Of a stretch of 64,000 bases of DNA, positions 39,347 to 50,016 are shown piece by piece. How positions within the stretch are numbered: the stretch's first letter is position 1; each line of letters begins with the position of its first letter. The position numbers and the translations under genes are program-made. Where the stretch lies: the NCBI GenBank assembly GCA_963725665.1, contig CAVRZA010000004.1, positions 1 to 64,000 of the forward strand, read 5' to 3'. The notes under the pieces were generated by a model. The model saw only the letters and a list, made by a program, of their open reading frames with translations. It was not told the DNA's origin and did no database searches. Source of the DNA: an uncultured Actinomycetes bacterium. GTDB lineage: Bacteria > Actinomycetota > Thermoleophilia > UBA2241.

Positions 39347-40576
39347 ATGGACTTCAGGTACACCACCGAGCAGGAGCTCTACCGTCAGTCGATCCGTGAG
39401 TGGCTGAGCAAGAATCTCGAGCCGCGGGCGCGCGAGATCGACGAGAAAGAAGACGGCATCCCCGACGACATCACCGCCGGCATGGCCGAGCTGGGGATGT
39501 TCGGCGTCACCATCCCGGAGCAGTACGGCGGCTTCGCCGTGCCCGGCGAGGAGCTCATCTACGCGATGATCACCGTGCACGAGATCGCGCGCGCCGACCT
39601 CTCGATGAGCACACCCGTCTACACGCTGCTCACCATCGGCTGGTCGTACCTGGTGAACAAGTACGGCACGGAGGAGCTCAAGCAGGAGCTACTGCCGGCC
39701 GTCGCAGAGGGCAAGGCGTTCGCGGGCATCAATACGACCGAGCCCGGCGGCGGTTCCGACCTCGCCGCCATCAAGACGACGGCGCTCTGGGACGAGGCGA
39801 AGAAGGCCTACCTGCTCAACGGCGAGAAGGCCTACGTCTCGGGTCCCAAGGAGTGCATGAAGTGGGGCGCCCCCAGCGGTCACTGCACGCTCGTCATCAC
39901 CCACCCCTCGGCCGGCTACAAGGGCATGACGTTCATCTGGGTGCCGGCGCACCTCGACGGCATCACGTGGACCGTCTACAAGGACATGGGCCGCATGGGT
40001 CTCTCGACCGGCGGCTGGATCTACAAGGACGTGGCGCTCTCGCCGCACTACGTGCTCGGCGAGGAGGGCAGGGGCTTCTACGTCCTCATGGACGGCTTCA
40101 ACGCCGCGCGCATCCTCGTGGCCTCGGCTTGCCTCGGCGGCGCCGAGAAAGCGCTCGAGATCAGCGGCGAGTACACCGCGCAGCGCCAGACCTTCGGCAA
40201 GCCGCTGGGCAAGTGGGAGGGCATCTCTTTCGAGATGGCCGACGACTGGATGCAGCTCGACATGCTCAAGCTGAACCTGCAGCGCGCCGCCTGGATGTAC
40301 GGTTACGAGCAGGAGAACCCCGGCTCGTTCAGCCGCAAGGACATCAACCGCATCGTCGCCACCTGCAAGTGTCTCTCCCCATCGCTCACGCACGACATCG
40401 CCCGCCACGGCATGATGTACCACGGCGCCTTCGGCTACACGAGGGAGACGCCGCTCGAGATGCTGCTGCGCGGTGTCATGAGCTACGAGGTCGGTGCTGA
40501 GGGTGGCCTCATGATCATGCGCGGCATCATCGCCCGCGACACCTGGGGCGACACGCACAACCCGTTCAAGGAATAG
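39347..40576 (+). CDS. Acyl-CoA dehydrogenase
   Basis: GMFGVTIPEQYGG, TTEPGGGSDL, LNGEKAYVS, RQTFGKP, HGAFGYT; GAGGAG RBS. Confidence 0.93.
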   Translation: MDFRYTTEQELYRQSIREWLSKNLEPRAREIDEKEDGIPDDITAGMAELGMFGVTIPEQYGGFAVPGEELIYAMITVHEIARADLSMSTPVYTLLTIGWSYLVNKYGTEELKQELLPAVAEGKAFAGINTTEPGGGSDLAAIKTTALWDEAKKAYLLNGEKAYVSGPKECMKWGAPSGHCTLVITHPSAGYKGMTFIWVPAHLDGITWTVYKDMGRMGLSTGGWIYKDVALSPHYVLGEEGRGFYVLMDGFNAARILVASACLGGAEKALEISGEYTAQRQTFGKPLGKWEGISFEMADDWMQLDMLKLNLQRAAWMYGYEQENPGSFSRKDINRIVATCKCLSPSLTHDIARHGMMYHGAFGYTRETPLEMLLRGVMSYEVGAEGGLMIMRGIIARDTWGDTHNPFKE

Positions 40577-40646
40577 CTCGGGACGGTCCGGCTGATCCGC
40601 AATCGTCAACCAGATGTCCGACTCCGATCACCTGAGGTGGTGAGCT

Positions 40647-42068
40647 ATGGAGAAGGTTGAGTGCATCGTCGTCGGTGGCGGCCTCGCCGGCTTGTCGGCG
40701 GCGTACGGACTTGCATCCGAAGGGCTCGAGGTCATGCTCCTCGAGCGGGGCGACTACGCCGGCGCGAAGAACGTCACCGGCGGCCGCCTCTACCTGAGTC
40801 CGATCCGGAGCATCTATCCGGAGCTCTGGGAGGCGGCCGCCGAGGCCCCCTTCGAGCGCCCGGTCGTACGCGAGCTCGTGACGATGATGAGTCCCGGGGC
40901 GCAGACGACGGTAGAGATCGCCTCCGACCGCTTCGGCGGCGCGCGCCCGCAGTCGTACACGGTCGTGCGGGCGCGCTTCGACCAGTGGCTCGCCGACAAG
41001 GTGACCGAGAAGGGCGTCATGGTGGTGCCCAAGATGAAGGTCGACGAGCTGCTCGTTGAGCCCTCTGAGGCGGGCGCACCGGAGGCTCCCGTCGGCGGGA
41101 CTGTCCCGGTGGCAGCAGGGTCGGACGCGACCGGCGCGTCGGTCTCTGTCGGCGGTGAGGACGCCGTCCCCGCCGCCGGCCGGCGCCGCAAGGTCATCGG
41201 CATCCGCGCCGGCGGTGACGAGATCGGCGCCGACGTAGTGGTCGTCGCCGAGGGTGCGCTCGGGCTGCTGGCGAGCGCAGCGGGTCTGCGCGAGGAACCG
41301 CAGGCCGAAGACTACGCGCTGGGCTACAAGGAGGTCATCGAGCTTCCCTCGGGCACGATCGAGGACCGCTGGCACCTGAACCCCGGCGAGGGTGCCGCGC
41401 AACTCTTCATGGGCTCGCTCACGAGGGGCATGACCGGTGGCGGCTTCCTCTACACCAACAGGGACTCGATCTCGCTCGGCATCGTCGTCGCCATGCACCA
41501 GATGAAGAGCCGTAGCGACGAGCTCGAGAGCTGGCAGCTCCTCGACGAGTTCAAGGAGGTCGCGCAGATCAAGCCGCTTCTGGCCGGCGGGACGGTGGCC
41601 GAGTACTCGGCGCACGCCATCCCCGAGGGCGGCATCGAGAAGGTGCCGCCGCTCTGCGGCGACGGCTACCTGCTCGTCGGCGACGCCGCGGGCCTCTCGC
41701 TGAACGCCCTCGTCACTGTGCGCGGCATGGACTTCGCGATCGCCTCGGGCTACTACGCCGCGAAGGCGATCGCCGCCGCCAAGAAGGCGGGCGACTTCTC
41801 GGCCGCTCGGCTCGCTCAGTACGAGGCCGCGTTGAGCTCTAGCTTCGTGCTCCAAGACCTGCAGACTGCGCGGGCCTATCCACAGATCATCGAGAACCCG
41901 CGCCTCTTCACGCGCTACCCCGAGCTCGTCTCACGCCTCCTGCAGGACGTGTACACCGTCGGGCCTGGTCCCACGGCCGGCCTCGTGAAGAAGGCTCTGC
42001 GCAACGTGCGCGGCGATCTCATCAGGCCGTCGACGTGGCGCGACGCCTGGAAGATGAGGAAGCTGTGA
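40647..42068 (+). CDS. fixC: FixC-like FAD-dependent ETF:quinone oxidoreductase flavoprotein
   Basis: VVGGGLAG, ERGDYAGAKNVTGGRLY, GGGFLYTNRDSISLG, EYSAHAIPEGG, VGDAAG, RGMDFAIASG. Confidence 0.9.
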   Translation: MEKVECIVVGGGLAGLSAAYGLASEGLEVMLLERGDYAGAKNVTGGRLYLSPIRSIYPELWEAAAEAPFERPVVRELVTMMSPGAQTTVEIASDRFGGARPQSYTVVRARFDQWLADKVTEKGVMVVPKMKVDELLVEPSEAGAPEAPVGGTVPVAAGSDATGASVSVGGEDAVPAAGRRRKVIGIRAGGDEIGADVVVVAEGALGLLASAAGLREEPQAEDYALGYKEVIELPSGTIEDRWHLNPGEGAAQLFMGSLTRGMTGGGFLYTNRDSISLGIVVAMHQMKSRSDELESWQLLDEFKEVAQIKPLLAGGTVAEYSAHAIPEGGIEKVPPLCGDGYLLVGDAAGLSLNALVTVRGMDFAIASGYYAAKAIAAAKKAGDFSAARLAQYEAALSSSFVLQDLQTARAYPQIIENPRLFTRYPELVSRLLQDVYTVGPGPTAGLVKKALRNVRGDLIRPSTWRDAWKMRKL

Positions 42069-42146
42069 GCGGGAGCGACGCGCGGGAGATGGGGAAGCTG
42101 TGAGCGGGCGCGACACCCGAGAGACGAGGAAACCATGAGCGAGACG
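42053..42146 (+). repeat. Imperfect 35-bp tandem repeat (about 2.7 copies) spanning the fixC stop and fixX start
   Basis: GATGAGGAAGCTGTGAGCGGG (42053), GATGGGGAAGCTGTGAGCGGG (42088), GACGAGGAAACCATGAGCGAG (42123). Confidence 0.7.
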
Positions 42147-42428
42147 GTCAGGATGAGCGTCGACGCCAAGCTCGGCCTCGACGTGTTCAAACTGGACAAG
42201 GAGCCGCACATCGCGATCCACAACGAGGTGTGCGAAGCGAAGTGCAAGACGAAGCCGTGCCTGTATGTCTGCCCCGCCGACCTCTACGAGCTAGACGATC
42301 AGGGGCAGATGACGGTCAACTGGGAGGGCTGCCTGGAGTGTGGCACGTGCCTGATCTGTTGCGAGCACGACGCACTGGAGTGGAAGTACCCGCGCGGCGA
42401 GTTCGGCGTGCAGTACCGGATGAGCTGA
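42135..42428 (+). CDS. fixX: FixX ferredoxin-like protein
   Basis: CLYVCPADLY, GCLECGTCLICC, WKYPRGEFGVQY. Confidence 0.92.
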   Translation: MSETVRMSVDAKLGLDVFKLDKEPHIAIHNEVCEAKCKTKPCLYVCPADLYELDDQGQMTVNWEGCLECGTCLICCEHDALEWKYPRGEFGVQYRMS

Positions 42429-42485
42429 GCGCGCCGAGACCGAGGGTGAGGAGGCCAGTGACGACAAGGAGTGAGGGGTGGTGAC

Positions 42486-43265
42486 ATGGACATCGTCGTC
42501 TGCGTGAAGACGAATCCCGACCTGCAGATGATCCGCATCAAGGATCGCCACCCCGTCATGGAGGCGATCCCCTACAAGGTCGGCGACCTGGAGAAGAACG
42601 CGCTCGAAGCGGCGATCCAGATCCGCGACGCGGTGGGCGGCAAGGTGATCGCCCTGACCGTCTCGGAGGGCAACCGCAAGGTCAGGGAGACGATGAAGGA
42701 GGCGCTGGCGATCGGCGCCGACGAGGCCGTCATCGTGAACGATGACGGCCTCGAAGCGACTGACCAGGCGGGTGTGGCCCTGACCTTGGCCAAGGCGATC
42801 GGCAAGCTCGACCACTACGACCTGGTGCTCTTCGGCGAGGGATCGACCGACGGCTACTCGGGGCAGGTCGGGCCGCGCGTGGCCGAGCTGCTGGGGATCC
42901 CCGAGATCGGCTACGCGCGCAAGGTCGAGGCCGGCGGCGCCGGCGTGCGTGCCGAGCGCAGCATGGAGGACGATATCGAGGTCCTCGAGGCGCCGCTGCC
43001 GGCGGCGGTGACGGTCGTGAGCGAGATCAACGAGCCGCGCATCCCGTCGCTGATGCAGATCATGAAGGCGGGCTCCAAGCCGGTCGCCGAGTGGGGACTG
43101 GCCGACCTGGGGATCGGGCCGGCGGCCATCGGGCGCCTGAGCAAGGTGGTCTCGAACCTGGCCGAGGAGCAGGACCGCAAGCACATCGTGTTCGAGGGCG
43201 GCCCGGCCGAGCAGGCCGAGGCGCTTGTCAACGCCCTCATCAAGGAAGGCGTCCTAGGGAGGTGA
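42486..43265 (+). CDS. fixA: Electron transfer flavoprotein beta subunit
   Basis: MDIVVCVK..PD, ALAIGADEA, STDGYSGQVGPRVAELLG, INEPRIPS. Confidence 0.9.
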   Translation: MDIVVCVKTNPDLQMIRIKDRHPVMEAIPYKVGDLEKNALEAAIQIRDAVGGKVIALTVSEGNRKVRETMKEALAIGADEAVIVNDDGLEATDQAGVALTLAKAIGKLDHYDLVLFGEGSTDGYSGQVGPRVAELLGIPEIGYARKVEAGGAGVRAERSMEDDIEVLEAPLPAAVTVVSEINEPRIPSLMQIMKAGSKPVAEWGLADLGIGPAAIGRLSKVVSNLAEEQDRKHIVFEGGPAEQAEALVNALIKEGVLGR

Positions 43266-43267
43266 CC

Positions 43268-44218
43268 ATGGCCGAGATGCTCGTGTACTCAGAGAAGCAG
43301 CAGACCGCCCTGGAGCTCCTCTCCAAGGGTACGGAACTGGCCTCGGCGCTGGGGCTCACGCTGACGGCTGCCGCCCTGGGGCCCGGTGCGGCGGCCGAGG
43401 CTGCTGCGCTCGGCGCCGCAGGCGCCGAGCGCATCTACGTATGCGAAGACGCGGCGCTGGAGGGTCTGCAGATCGACGTCCTCGCCGACGCCCTGGCGCA
43501 GATCGTCAAAGAGGGGGAAGCGAGCCACGTGCTCCTCGGCTCCACACGTCGCGGACGCGAGCTCGCCGGCCGACTGGCGCAGAAGCTCGAGGCCGGCTGC
43601 GTGACCGACGTCAGCTCCCTCGCGCTCGAAGACGGCGCGCTGGTCGCGGGGCGTTACGCCCTCGGCGGCAACACCGTGCAGCGCGAGACCGTCGACACAC
43701 CGGTGAGGGTGTTCGCCGTCATGTCCAAGACCTTCGAGGCCGGCGAGGGCGCCGCCGGTGCCGGTGAGGTCGTCACGCCGTCGCTGCAGCTCCTACCGTC
43801 GTTCGTGAAGGTGGCCGAGCGGCGGCCGAAGGAGGGCGCCGCCGTGAACCTCGACGCCGCCGAGCGCATCGTCTGCGTGGGGCGCGGGTTCGCCAAGCGC
43901 GAGGACCTGCCGATCGGCGAGGAGCTCGCAGCGGCCATAGGAGCCGAGCTGGCGTGCACTAAGAGCCTGGCCGACTTCCAGTGGCTGCCCGAGGAGCGCA
44001 TCATCGGCCTCTCGGGCGCCAAAACCAAGCCCGAGCTCTATCTGGCCGTCGGCATCTCGGGACAGATCCAGCACACCGTCGGCATCAGCTCGGCGAAGCT
44101 GATCACGGCGATCAACAAGGACAAGGACGCGCCCATCTTCGCCCTTGCCGACTACGGCATCGTCGGCGACCTCTACCAGGTCGTGCCGGCGCTCGTCGAG
44201 AAGCTGAGGTCGATGTAG
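43268..44218 (+). CDS. fixB: Electron transfer flavoprotein alpha subunit
   Basis: LDAAERIVCVGRG, LYLAVGISGQIQHTVG, AINKDKDAPIF..DYGIVGDL. Confidence 0.92.
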   Translation: MAEMLVYSEKQQTALELLSKGTELASALGLTLTAAALGPGAAAEAAALGAAGAERIYVCEDAALEGLQIDVLADALAQIVKEGEASHVLLGSTRRGRELAGRLAQKLEAGCVTDVSSLALEDGALVAGRYALGGNTVQRETVDTPVRVFAVMSKTFEAGEGAAGAGEVVTPSLQLLPSFVKVAERRPKEGAAVNLDAAERIVCVGRGFAKREDLPIGEELAAAIGAELACTKSLADFQWLPEERIIGLSGAKTKPELYLAVGISGQIQHTVGISSAKLITAINKDKDAPIFALADYGIVGDLYQVVPALVEKLRSM

Positions 44219-44410
44219 ATGTGCGAGGCCGGCGGGCGTGCCCGCCGGCCTCGCCTGAAGGCGGCCCCGGCCGCGAGAGACGGCGCGCGTCGGGGCTGAC
44301 TGGGGCGGGGCGCCGTGCACGGCGCCCCGCCCCGACTTGTCTGCGCACGGCGTGTCCCGTGCTCCGGCGGGCCGCCCTCGGGCGGACCTTCGAAACGCCG
44401 GCTCCCGCCC

Positions 44411-46081
44411 TCAACCCAGGATCGTGAGGCTCACGCACGACGGAGTCTCGCCGCCAGTGGCGAGCGTCTGCTGGTTGGCCTTTCCGTCGGTTGCGAACCA
44501 GGGGTTCTCGTCGGTCCCGGGGTGCCAGAGGTAGAGGGGGAAGTCGCTCGAGGCGACGTGCAGCCGCAGGCGATGGCCCGGCTGCAGCCGGTACCCGGTG
44601 TGGCTCATCGTGATCTCGATCGGCTGCCCGAACTCCGATGCCCGGACGAGCCGCTGGCCGCGCACCAGCATGTGTGTCGCCCCGTCGGGATCGACGTCGC
44701 ACAGCTTGGCGAAGACGTGCATCGAGGGACCGCTCGACCCGACGGTCAGCCACGCCGAGACCGGGCCCGCGAGGTCGAGCGCGCTCAGAGACGGGCTCAC
44801 CCGTGAAGGTGAGCACGTCGTCGCGCCGCTCGACCTCGCGCTCGTCCGGCCACTCCAGCAGGAACGCGAACGGGTTAGCGACCGACGAGGGCACAAGGTC
44901 GGCGGGGTCGTGCACCCAGCGGGCGACCGCCGCCCCGGCCTCCGCGGAGGCTGCGAGCGCGCCGCCTTCGGGTCCCGAGGCGGCGCGCTCGGCCGCCCCA
45001 AGGTACAGCCGCAGCTCGCGAGCACCCGGCGGCGGCCATGTCGGGGAGCTGCGCCACTCCTCGTGGCCGAGGAACCACTCCGCCGCCGGGATGTTTGCCG
45101 CGTCACCCTCCCCTTTGAGGAAGACGTCGAAGAAGGTCAGGCCGGGCCCCAGGTACACGGGCAGCATGCGCGCCAGCGCCTCGTCGTTGGTGTCGTGGTC
45201 GTCCTCGCGGCGAGACGGGCACCTCGCGCAGGTGGTAGTTCTCGTGGTCGGTGGCGTCGGCATTGAGGTACTGCATGCCCGCTACCTCCGCGTGCCCACG
45301 CAGCGCCGTGTAGTCCTCGAACGAGGCCGGCGCGATGTTGTCGAACCAGCCCACCGAGTGCAGCACGGGGATCCTCAGGCGGTCGAACGGGTGGCCGGTC
45401 GGGTACTGAGCGATGCCCTGCGGGCCGGTCATGCGCGTCATGAGGTCGAAGCTCGCCGCGCGCGCGCCGATCGCCGCGAAGCCTTCGATCGAAGGCCTCC
45501 GCCAGCGGTCTGTGCCCGTAGTCCCCCTCGTAGAAGTGGATCATCCGGTCGACCCAGTAGTGGGCCAGGTAGTCGGCGCCGTAGAGCTCCACGACGCTGT
45601 CGCCCCACCACGAGGTCAGCACCTTGAGATCTGAGCTCGTCACGCGCGGCACGATGGCCTTGAGAGCCGGGTGGCCGCTGGCCACGGCCGCCCACTGCGT
45701 GAAACCGTAGTAGGAGTCGCCGAACATCCCCACGAGGCCGTTGGACCAGCTCTGGGCGATGACCCACTCCAGCGTGTCGTAGCCGTCGTCGACCTCGTGC
45801 ACGAAGGGCATGGTCTCGCCCTCGGAGCGGAACTTGCCGCGCACGTCCTGCACGACGAACGCGTAGCCGCGCTCGGTGAAGTAGGGCGCGCACTGCGGCA
45901 TGAACGTGTAGCGGCCGCACTTGTCGTAGGGCAGGCGCACCAGCACGGCGGGGAGCCGCCCGGGCCGGGCGGGGAAGTAGACGTCGGTGGCGAGGCGCAC
46001 GCCGTCCCGCATCGGCACCATCACCTGCTCGGCCGCCGGGTCGAGCGGCGCGGGCCGCAGGGTCTCCAGTGCGATCGCCAT
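44411..46081 (-). CDS. CocE/NonD family hydrolase, frameshifts near 45490, 45215 and 44790
   Basis: MRDGVRLATDVY, QDVRGKFRSEG, nucleophile GDSYYG, GWFD, C-terminal GHRLRLHVASSDFP. Confidence 0.85.
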
Positions 46082-46107
46082 CACGTCTCCTTCGTTCGGA
46101 CGAGTCG

Positions 46108-47067
46108 CTATCCGGGGTGGCTGCCTGCCGGCGGCTCGGCGGCCTCGGCTGTCGCTTCCTTCGGTCTCGCGGGCGCTCGCCGGGCACTCTCGGCGGCCAG
46201 GTCGGCGCTCATCGAGTCGAGGAACCGCGTGCGCACCGGCTTCCATCCGCGGCGCGGCACCGCGAGCAGCAGGGCCTTCGTGTAGGGGTGTTGCGGGTCG
46301 TCCAAGACGCTGTCGGTGGGTCCGCGCTCGACGATCGCGCCGCGGCGCATGACCACGGCCTCGTCGCTGACCTGGCGCACCACCGCCAGGTCGTGTGAGA
46401 TGAACAGGTAGGTCACGCCGGTCTGCTCGCGGATGTCGGCGAGCAGGTTGAGCACCTGGGCCTGGACCGAGACGTCGAGCGAGGCCACCGCCTCGTCGAG
46501 GATCAGGACGCGGGGCTGCGAGGCGAGGGCGCGCGCGATGGCGACGCGCTGCTGCTGGCCTCCAGAGAGGGCGCGCGGATAGACGCCCGCGTGACGCTCG
46601 TCGAGGCCCACCTGGAGGAGGAGCTCCATGACCCGCGCGTCGCGTTGCGGGCGGCTCAGGTCGAAGTGCAGCCGCAAGACCTCGTCGAGGCAGTCGCGCA
46701 CCTTCTGTCTCCGGTCGAGGGAGGAGTAGGGGTCCTGGAAGACGATCTGCACCTCGCGGCCGAGCCGCCGCCGCTCCTTGGAGCCGAGACGGCCCGAGCC
46801 GCGTTCGCGATCGCCGATGTAGATGCGCCCCGAGGTGGGCTGCTCGAGGCCGATGATCATGCGTGCCGTCGTCGTCTTGCCGGAGCCGGACTCGCCGACG
46901 ATGGCCAGCGAGCCGCCCGGCGCGACGGCGAAGGAGACGTCGTCGACGGCGACCACGTCGCCGCCGTGCCGTCCGCGGAAGACCTTGGTGAGCCCCTCGA
47001 CTCGTACAGCCTGGTCGAGTCGCGGGTCGGTGCCGCCTGCCGCGGCTCTCGTCATGTCGTCAGCCAT
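46108..47067 (-). CDS. Oligopeptide/dipeptide ABC transporter ATP-binding subunit (OppF-like)
   Basis: GESGSGKTT, FQDPYSSL, LSGGQQQR, ILDEAV, HPYT. Confidence 0.92.
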   Translation of the reverse strand: MADDMTRAAAGGTDPRLDQAVRVEGLTKVFRGRHGGDVVAVDDVSFAVAPGGSLAIVGESGSGKTTTARMIIGLEQPTSGRIYIGDRERGSGRLGSKERRRLGREVQIVFQDPYSSLDRRQKVRDCLDEVLRLHFDLSRPQRDARVMELLLQVGLDERHAGVYPRALSGGQQQRVAIARALASQPRVLILDEAVASLDVSVQAQVLNLLADIREQTGVTYLFISHDLAVVRQVSDEAVVMRRGAIVERGPTDSVLDDPQHPYTKALLLAVPRRGWKPVRTRFLDSMSADLAAESARRAPARPKEATAEAAEPPAGSHPG

Positions 47068-48101
47068 CGATGTCACCGCCTGGGGCGTCATCGCTGCCGA
47101 GAACGCCGTCGCCCGTGTAGGCGTCGGCGAGTCGCCCGCGGAGCTCCTCGGCGCGAACGCAGCGCACGCGCCCGCCGTCGAGCTCGCGCAGCGCCGGCAG
47201 CTCGTCGCGGCAGCGCTCCTCGACGAAGGGGCAGCGCGAGGCGAAGGGGCAGCCCTGCTCGACCTCGAAGGCCGAGAGCGGCCGGCCGGGGATGGCCCAC
47301 AGCCTCGCGGGTGCGCTGTGTCGGGCTGGGCCGCGAGGCCATGAGGCCGGCGGTGTAGGGGTGGCGGGCTTCCTCGTGGAGGCTCTCGGCACGCCGGTCC
47401 TCCACGAGGAAGCCCGCGTACATCACGGCGATGCGGTCGCAGACGGCGGCGGCAAGCTCGAGGTCGTGAGTGACGAAGATCATGCCCAGACCGCGCTGCC
47501 GCCGCTGCTCGTCAAGGATGGCCATCACCTCGGCCTGCGTCGTCACGTCGAGCGAGGTCGTGGGCTCGTCGGCCAGCAGCAGACGCGGCTTGATCGCCAG
47601 AGCGGCGGCGATCATGACGCGCTGCAGCAGGCCGCCCGAGAGCTCGTGCGGATACTGGGCGAGGCGGCGGCTCACGTCGCTGATGCCGACATCCTGAAGG
47701 ATGCCGGCCACCGTCTCCCGCGCCTTCGCCGGCTGCACGCCGTTGTTCGTCACGAGCGCCTCGGTGAGGAAGTCGCCGATCTTGCGCACCGGGTTGATGT
47801 GCGTGGTGGGGTCCTGAAAGATCATCGCTGCGTCGGAAGCTTGGAAGCGGCGCATGGCTTCGCGATCGAAGCCAAGGATGTCGGCGCCGTCGAAGAGGAT
47901 CTCGCCGCTGGTAGTGGCGCCCAGAGGCAGCAGGCGCATGATGGCGCGCACTGTCATCGACTTGCCGGCCCCGGATTCGCCCACCAGCCCCAGCGCTTCG
48001 CCGGCGTCGACCGACACCGTGGTCTCGTGGATCACCGGACGCGGCTCGTCATCGACGAGCAGCTCCACGTGCAGGCCCCTGATCTCGAGCAGAGCGCTCA
48101 T
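47060..48101 (-). CDS. Oligopeptide/dipeptide ABC transporter ATP-binding subunit (OppD-like), frameshift near 47300
   Basis: GESGAGKS, YPHELSGG, ADEPTT; the C-terminal GCPFASRCP..C..C lies in another frame ending at 47060. Confidence 0.9.
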
Positions 48102-48153
48102 CCGAGGTCTGCCCTCGCGTGGAGTACCACGGCGCGCTCGTCGAGAAGGCCGC

Positions 48154-49014
48154 TCACTGTGCGCGCACCGAGAAGCGCGAGGCGAGGCGGTCGCCCAGCA
48201 GGTTGAAGGCGACCACGGTCGCCACGATCAGCAGTCCGGCGTAGAGCGACTCCTCCGGGTAGCCCGTGAGGATCGAGGCTTGGCCGTTGGCGACCATGAG
48301 CCCCCACTCCGGTGTCGGCGGCGCCACGCCCAAGCCCAGGTAGGACACCGCGGCGAGATCGACGAGCGCGTAGCCGAACGACAGCGTCGCCTGCACGAAG
48401 ACGAACGGCAGGATGTTGGGCAGCAGGTGCCGCGCCGTGATGGTGCGCGTCGGCAGGCCCTCTACGTAGCACGCCTGGATGTAGGGAAGGTTGCGTTCCC
48501 GCAGTGCGACGCTGCGCAACACGCGCGCGTCGTAGGGCAGGTAGGCGATCGATAGGGCGATCACGGGGGCGGCGAGGCCCGGGCCGAAGATGGCCACGGC
48601 GAGGATGGCGAAGATCAGCCCCGGGAAGGCAAACAGGATATCGAGCACGCGCGAGGTCACGCCGTCGAACCAGCCGCCCATCCAGGCCGCAAGGATGGCC
48701 AGGGTGGTGCCCACCACGGTGGCGATGACGACGATCAGTGCCGGGCCGAGCAGGCTCAGACGGGCGCCCCAGATCAGCCGCGAGAGCAGGTCTCGCCCCA
48801 AGGCGTCGGTGCCAAGCAGGTGGCTGGCCGATGGGCCCTCGTGCGCGGCTAGGATGTCGACCTGGTTGGGGTCGTGCGGAGCGATCCATGGCGCCAGCAG
48901 GGCGACCGCCACGATGACGACTATGAAGGCTGCACACCCGAGCAGCACCCAGTCTCGGCGCCGGGGCTTGGTCGTAGGCCGAGCACGTGCGGAGATCGCC
49001 GCCTCGCCGGCCAT
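48154..49014 (-). CDS. Peptide ABC transporter permease (OppC/DppC-like)
   Basis: HLLGTDALGRDLLSRL, HLLPN, SYLGLG..PEWG. Confidence 0.92.
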   Translation of the reverse strand: MAGEAAISARARPTTKPRRRDWVLLGCAAFIVVIVAVALLAPWIAPHDPNQVDILAAHEGPSASHLLGTDALGRDLLSRLIWGARLSLLGPALIVVIATVVGTTLAILAAWMGGWFDGVTSRVLDILFAFPGLIFAILAVAIFGPGLAAPVIALSIAYLPYDARVLRSVALRERNLPYIQACYVEGLPTRTITARHLLPNILPFVFVQATLSFGYALVDLAAVSYLGLGVAPPTPEWGLMVANGQASILTGYPEESLYAGLLIVATVVAFNLLGDRLASRFSVRAQ

Positions 49015-49015
49015 C

Positions 49016-49954
49016 TTAGCTTGACCTCGAGAGGCGCAGGCGTGGGTCGAGCAGGCTGTTCACCAGGTCGACGACCGCGTTGGCGATGACGAAGGTAGCC
49101 ACCAGTAGCAGCGAGATCGCCTGGACGACGGCGAAGTCCTTTTGCGAAGCGGCCTGTACGAGAAACGACCCCAGGCCGTTGAGCCCAAACGCCTGCTCGA
49201 CCACGACGGCGCCGGCGATGAGTCCAGCGACAGTCAGGCCGGCAACCGTGGTGATGGGGATCAGGGCGTTGCGAAAGACGTGGCGACGCACGATGAGCGG
49301 CCAGGGGATGCCGCGGCTACGGGCCGTCTCGACGTGCTCGCGGGCGAGCTCCTCGCGCACGGACGCCTTGGTGATCTGCATGACGTAGGCGACCCAGGCA
49401 AAGGCGAGCGCGATTGCCGGCAAGGTGAGATGCCACAATCGATTCACGAAGCCTGTGCCCGAGCCGAAGACGGGGAACCAGCCGAGGTTGACGGCGAAGA
49501 CCGTGATCAGGACGATGGCCGCGACGAAGGCCGGGGTCGCCATGCCGATCGCCGTGCCCACGGTGACGACGCTTCCGAGACGCCGCCGCAGTGCCGAGAA
49601 GAGTCCCAATGTGATGCCGATGCCGAGGATGAGGATGGCGGCGTAGAGCACGAGGAAGACCGTGTTGCCGACGCGCGGCCCAAGCAACGTGGTGACGTTC
49701 TGGCGGTAGACGAAGGACTGTCCGAGGTCGCCGTGCAGCACACCGGTGAGCCAGGCCCAGTAGCGGCTCCAGACGGGGTCGTTGAGGTGATTTTGGATGC
49801 GGATCTGCTCGAGGACGGCCGGCGTCGCGTGCCCCCCGGCGAGTATCGTGGCCGGGTCGCCGGGGGCGAGGTAGAGGGCACCGAAGATCAGGAAGCTGGC
49901 GACGAGCAACGTGACGATCAGGGCGCCGAGACGCTGGGCGACGAAACGAGCCAT
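49016..49954 (-). CDS. Peptide ABC transporter permease (OppB/DppB-like)
   Basis: PGDPA, GDLGQS, TARSRG, HVFRNALIP, GAVVVEQAFG. Confidence 0.92.
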   Translation of the reverse strand: MARFVAQRLGALIVTLLVASFLIFGALYLAPGDPATILAGGHATPAVLEQIRIQNHLNDPVWSRYWAWLTGVLHGDLGQSFVYRQNVTTLLGPRVGNTVFLVLYAAILILGIGITLGLFSALRRRLGSVVTVGTAIGMATPAFVAAIVLITVFAVNLGWFPVFGSGTGFVNRLWHLTLPAIALAFAWVAYVMQITKASVREELAREHVETARSRGIPWPLIVRRHVFRNALIPITTVAGLTVAGLIAGAVVVEQAFGLNGLGSFLVQAASQKDFAVVQAISLLLVATFVIANAVVDLVNSLLDPRLRLSRSS

Positions 49955-50016
49955 TCAGCTAGACCTGCTCAGCTCTTCACACCTGCTTCGCGGCGTCCCT
50001 CTCGTCGGTCAACTCG

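Noticed and set aside
42053-42146. 35-bp repeats as a CRISPR array
   Set aside because: They are degenerate tandem copies without unique spacers, they overlap coding ends, and there are no cas genes
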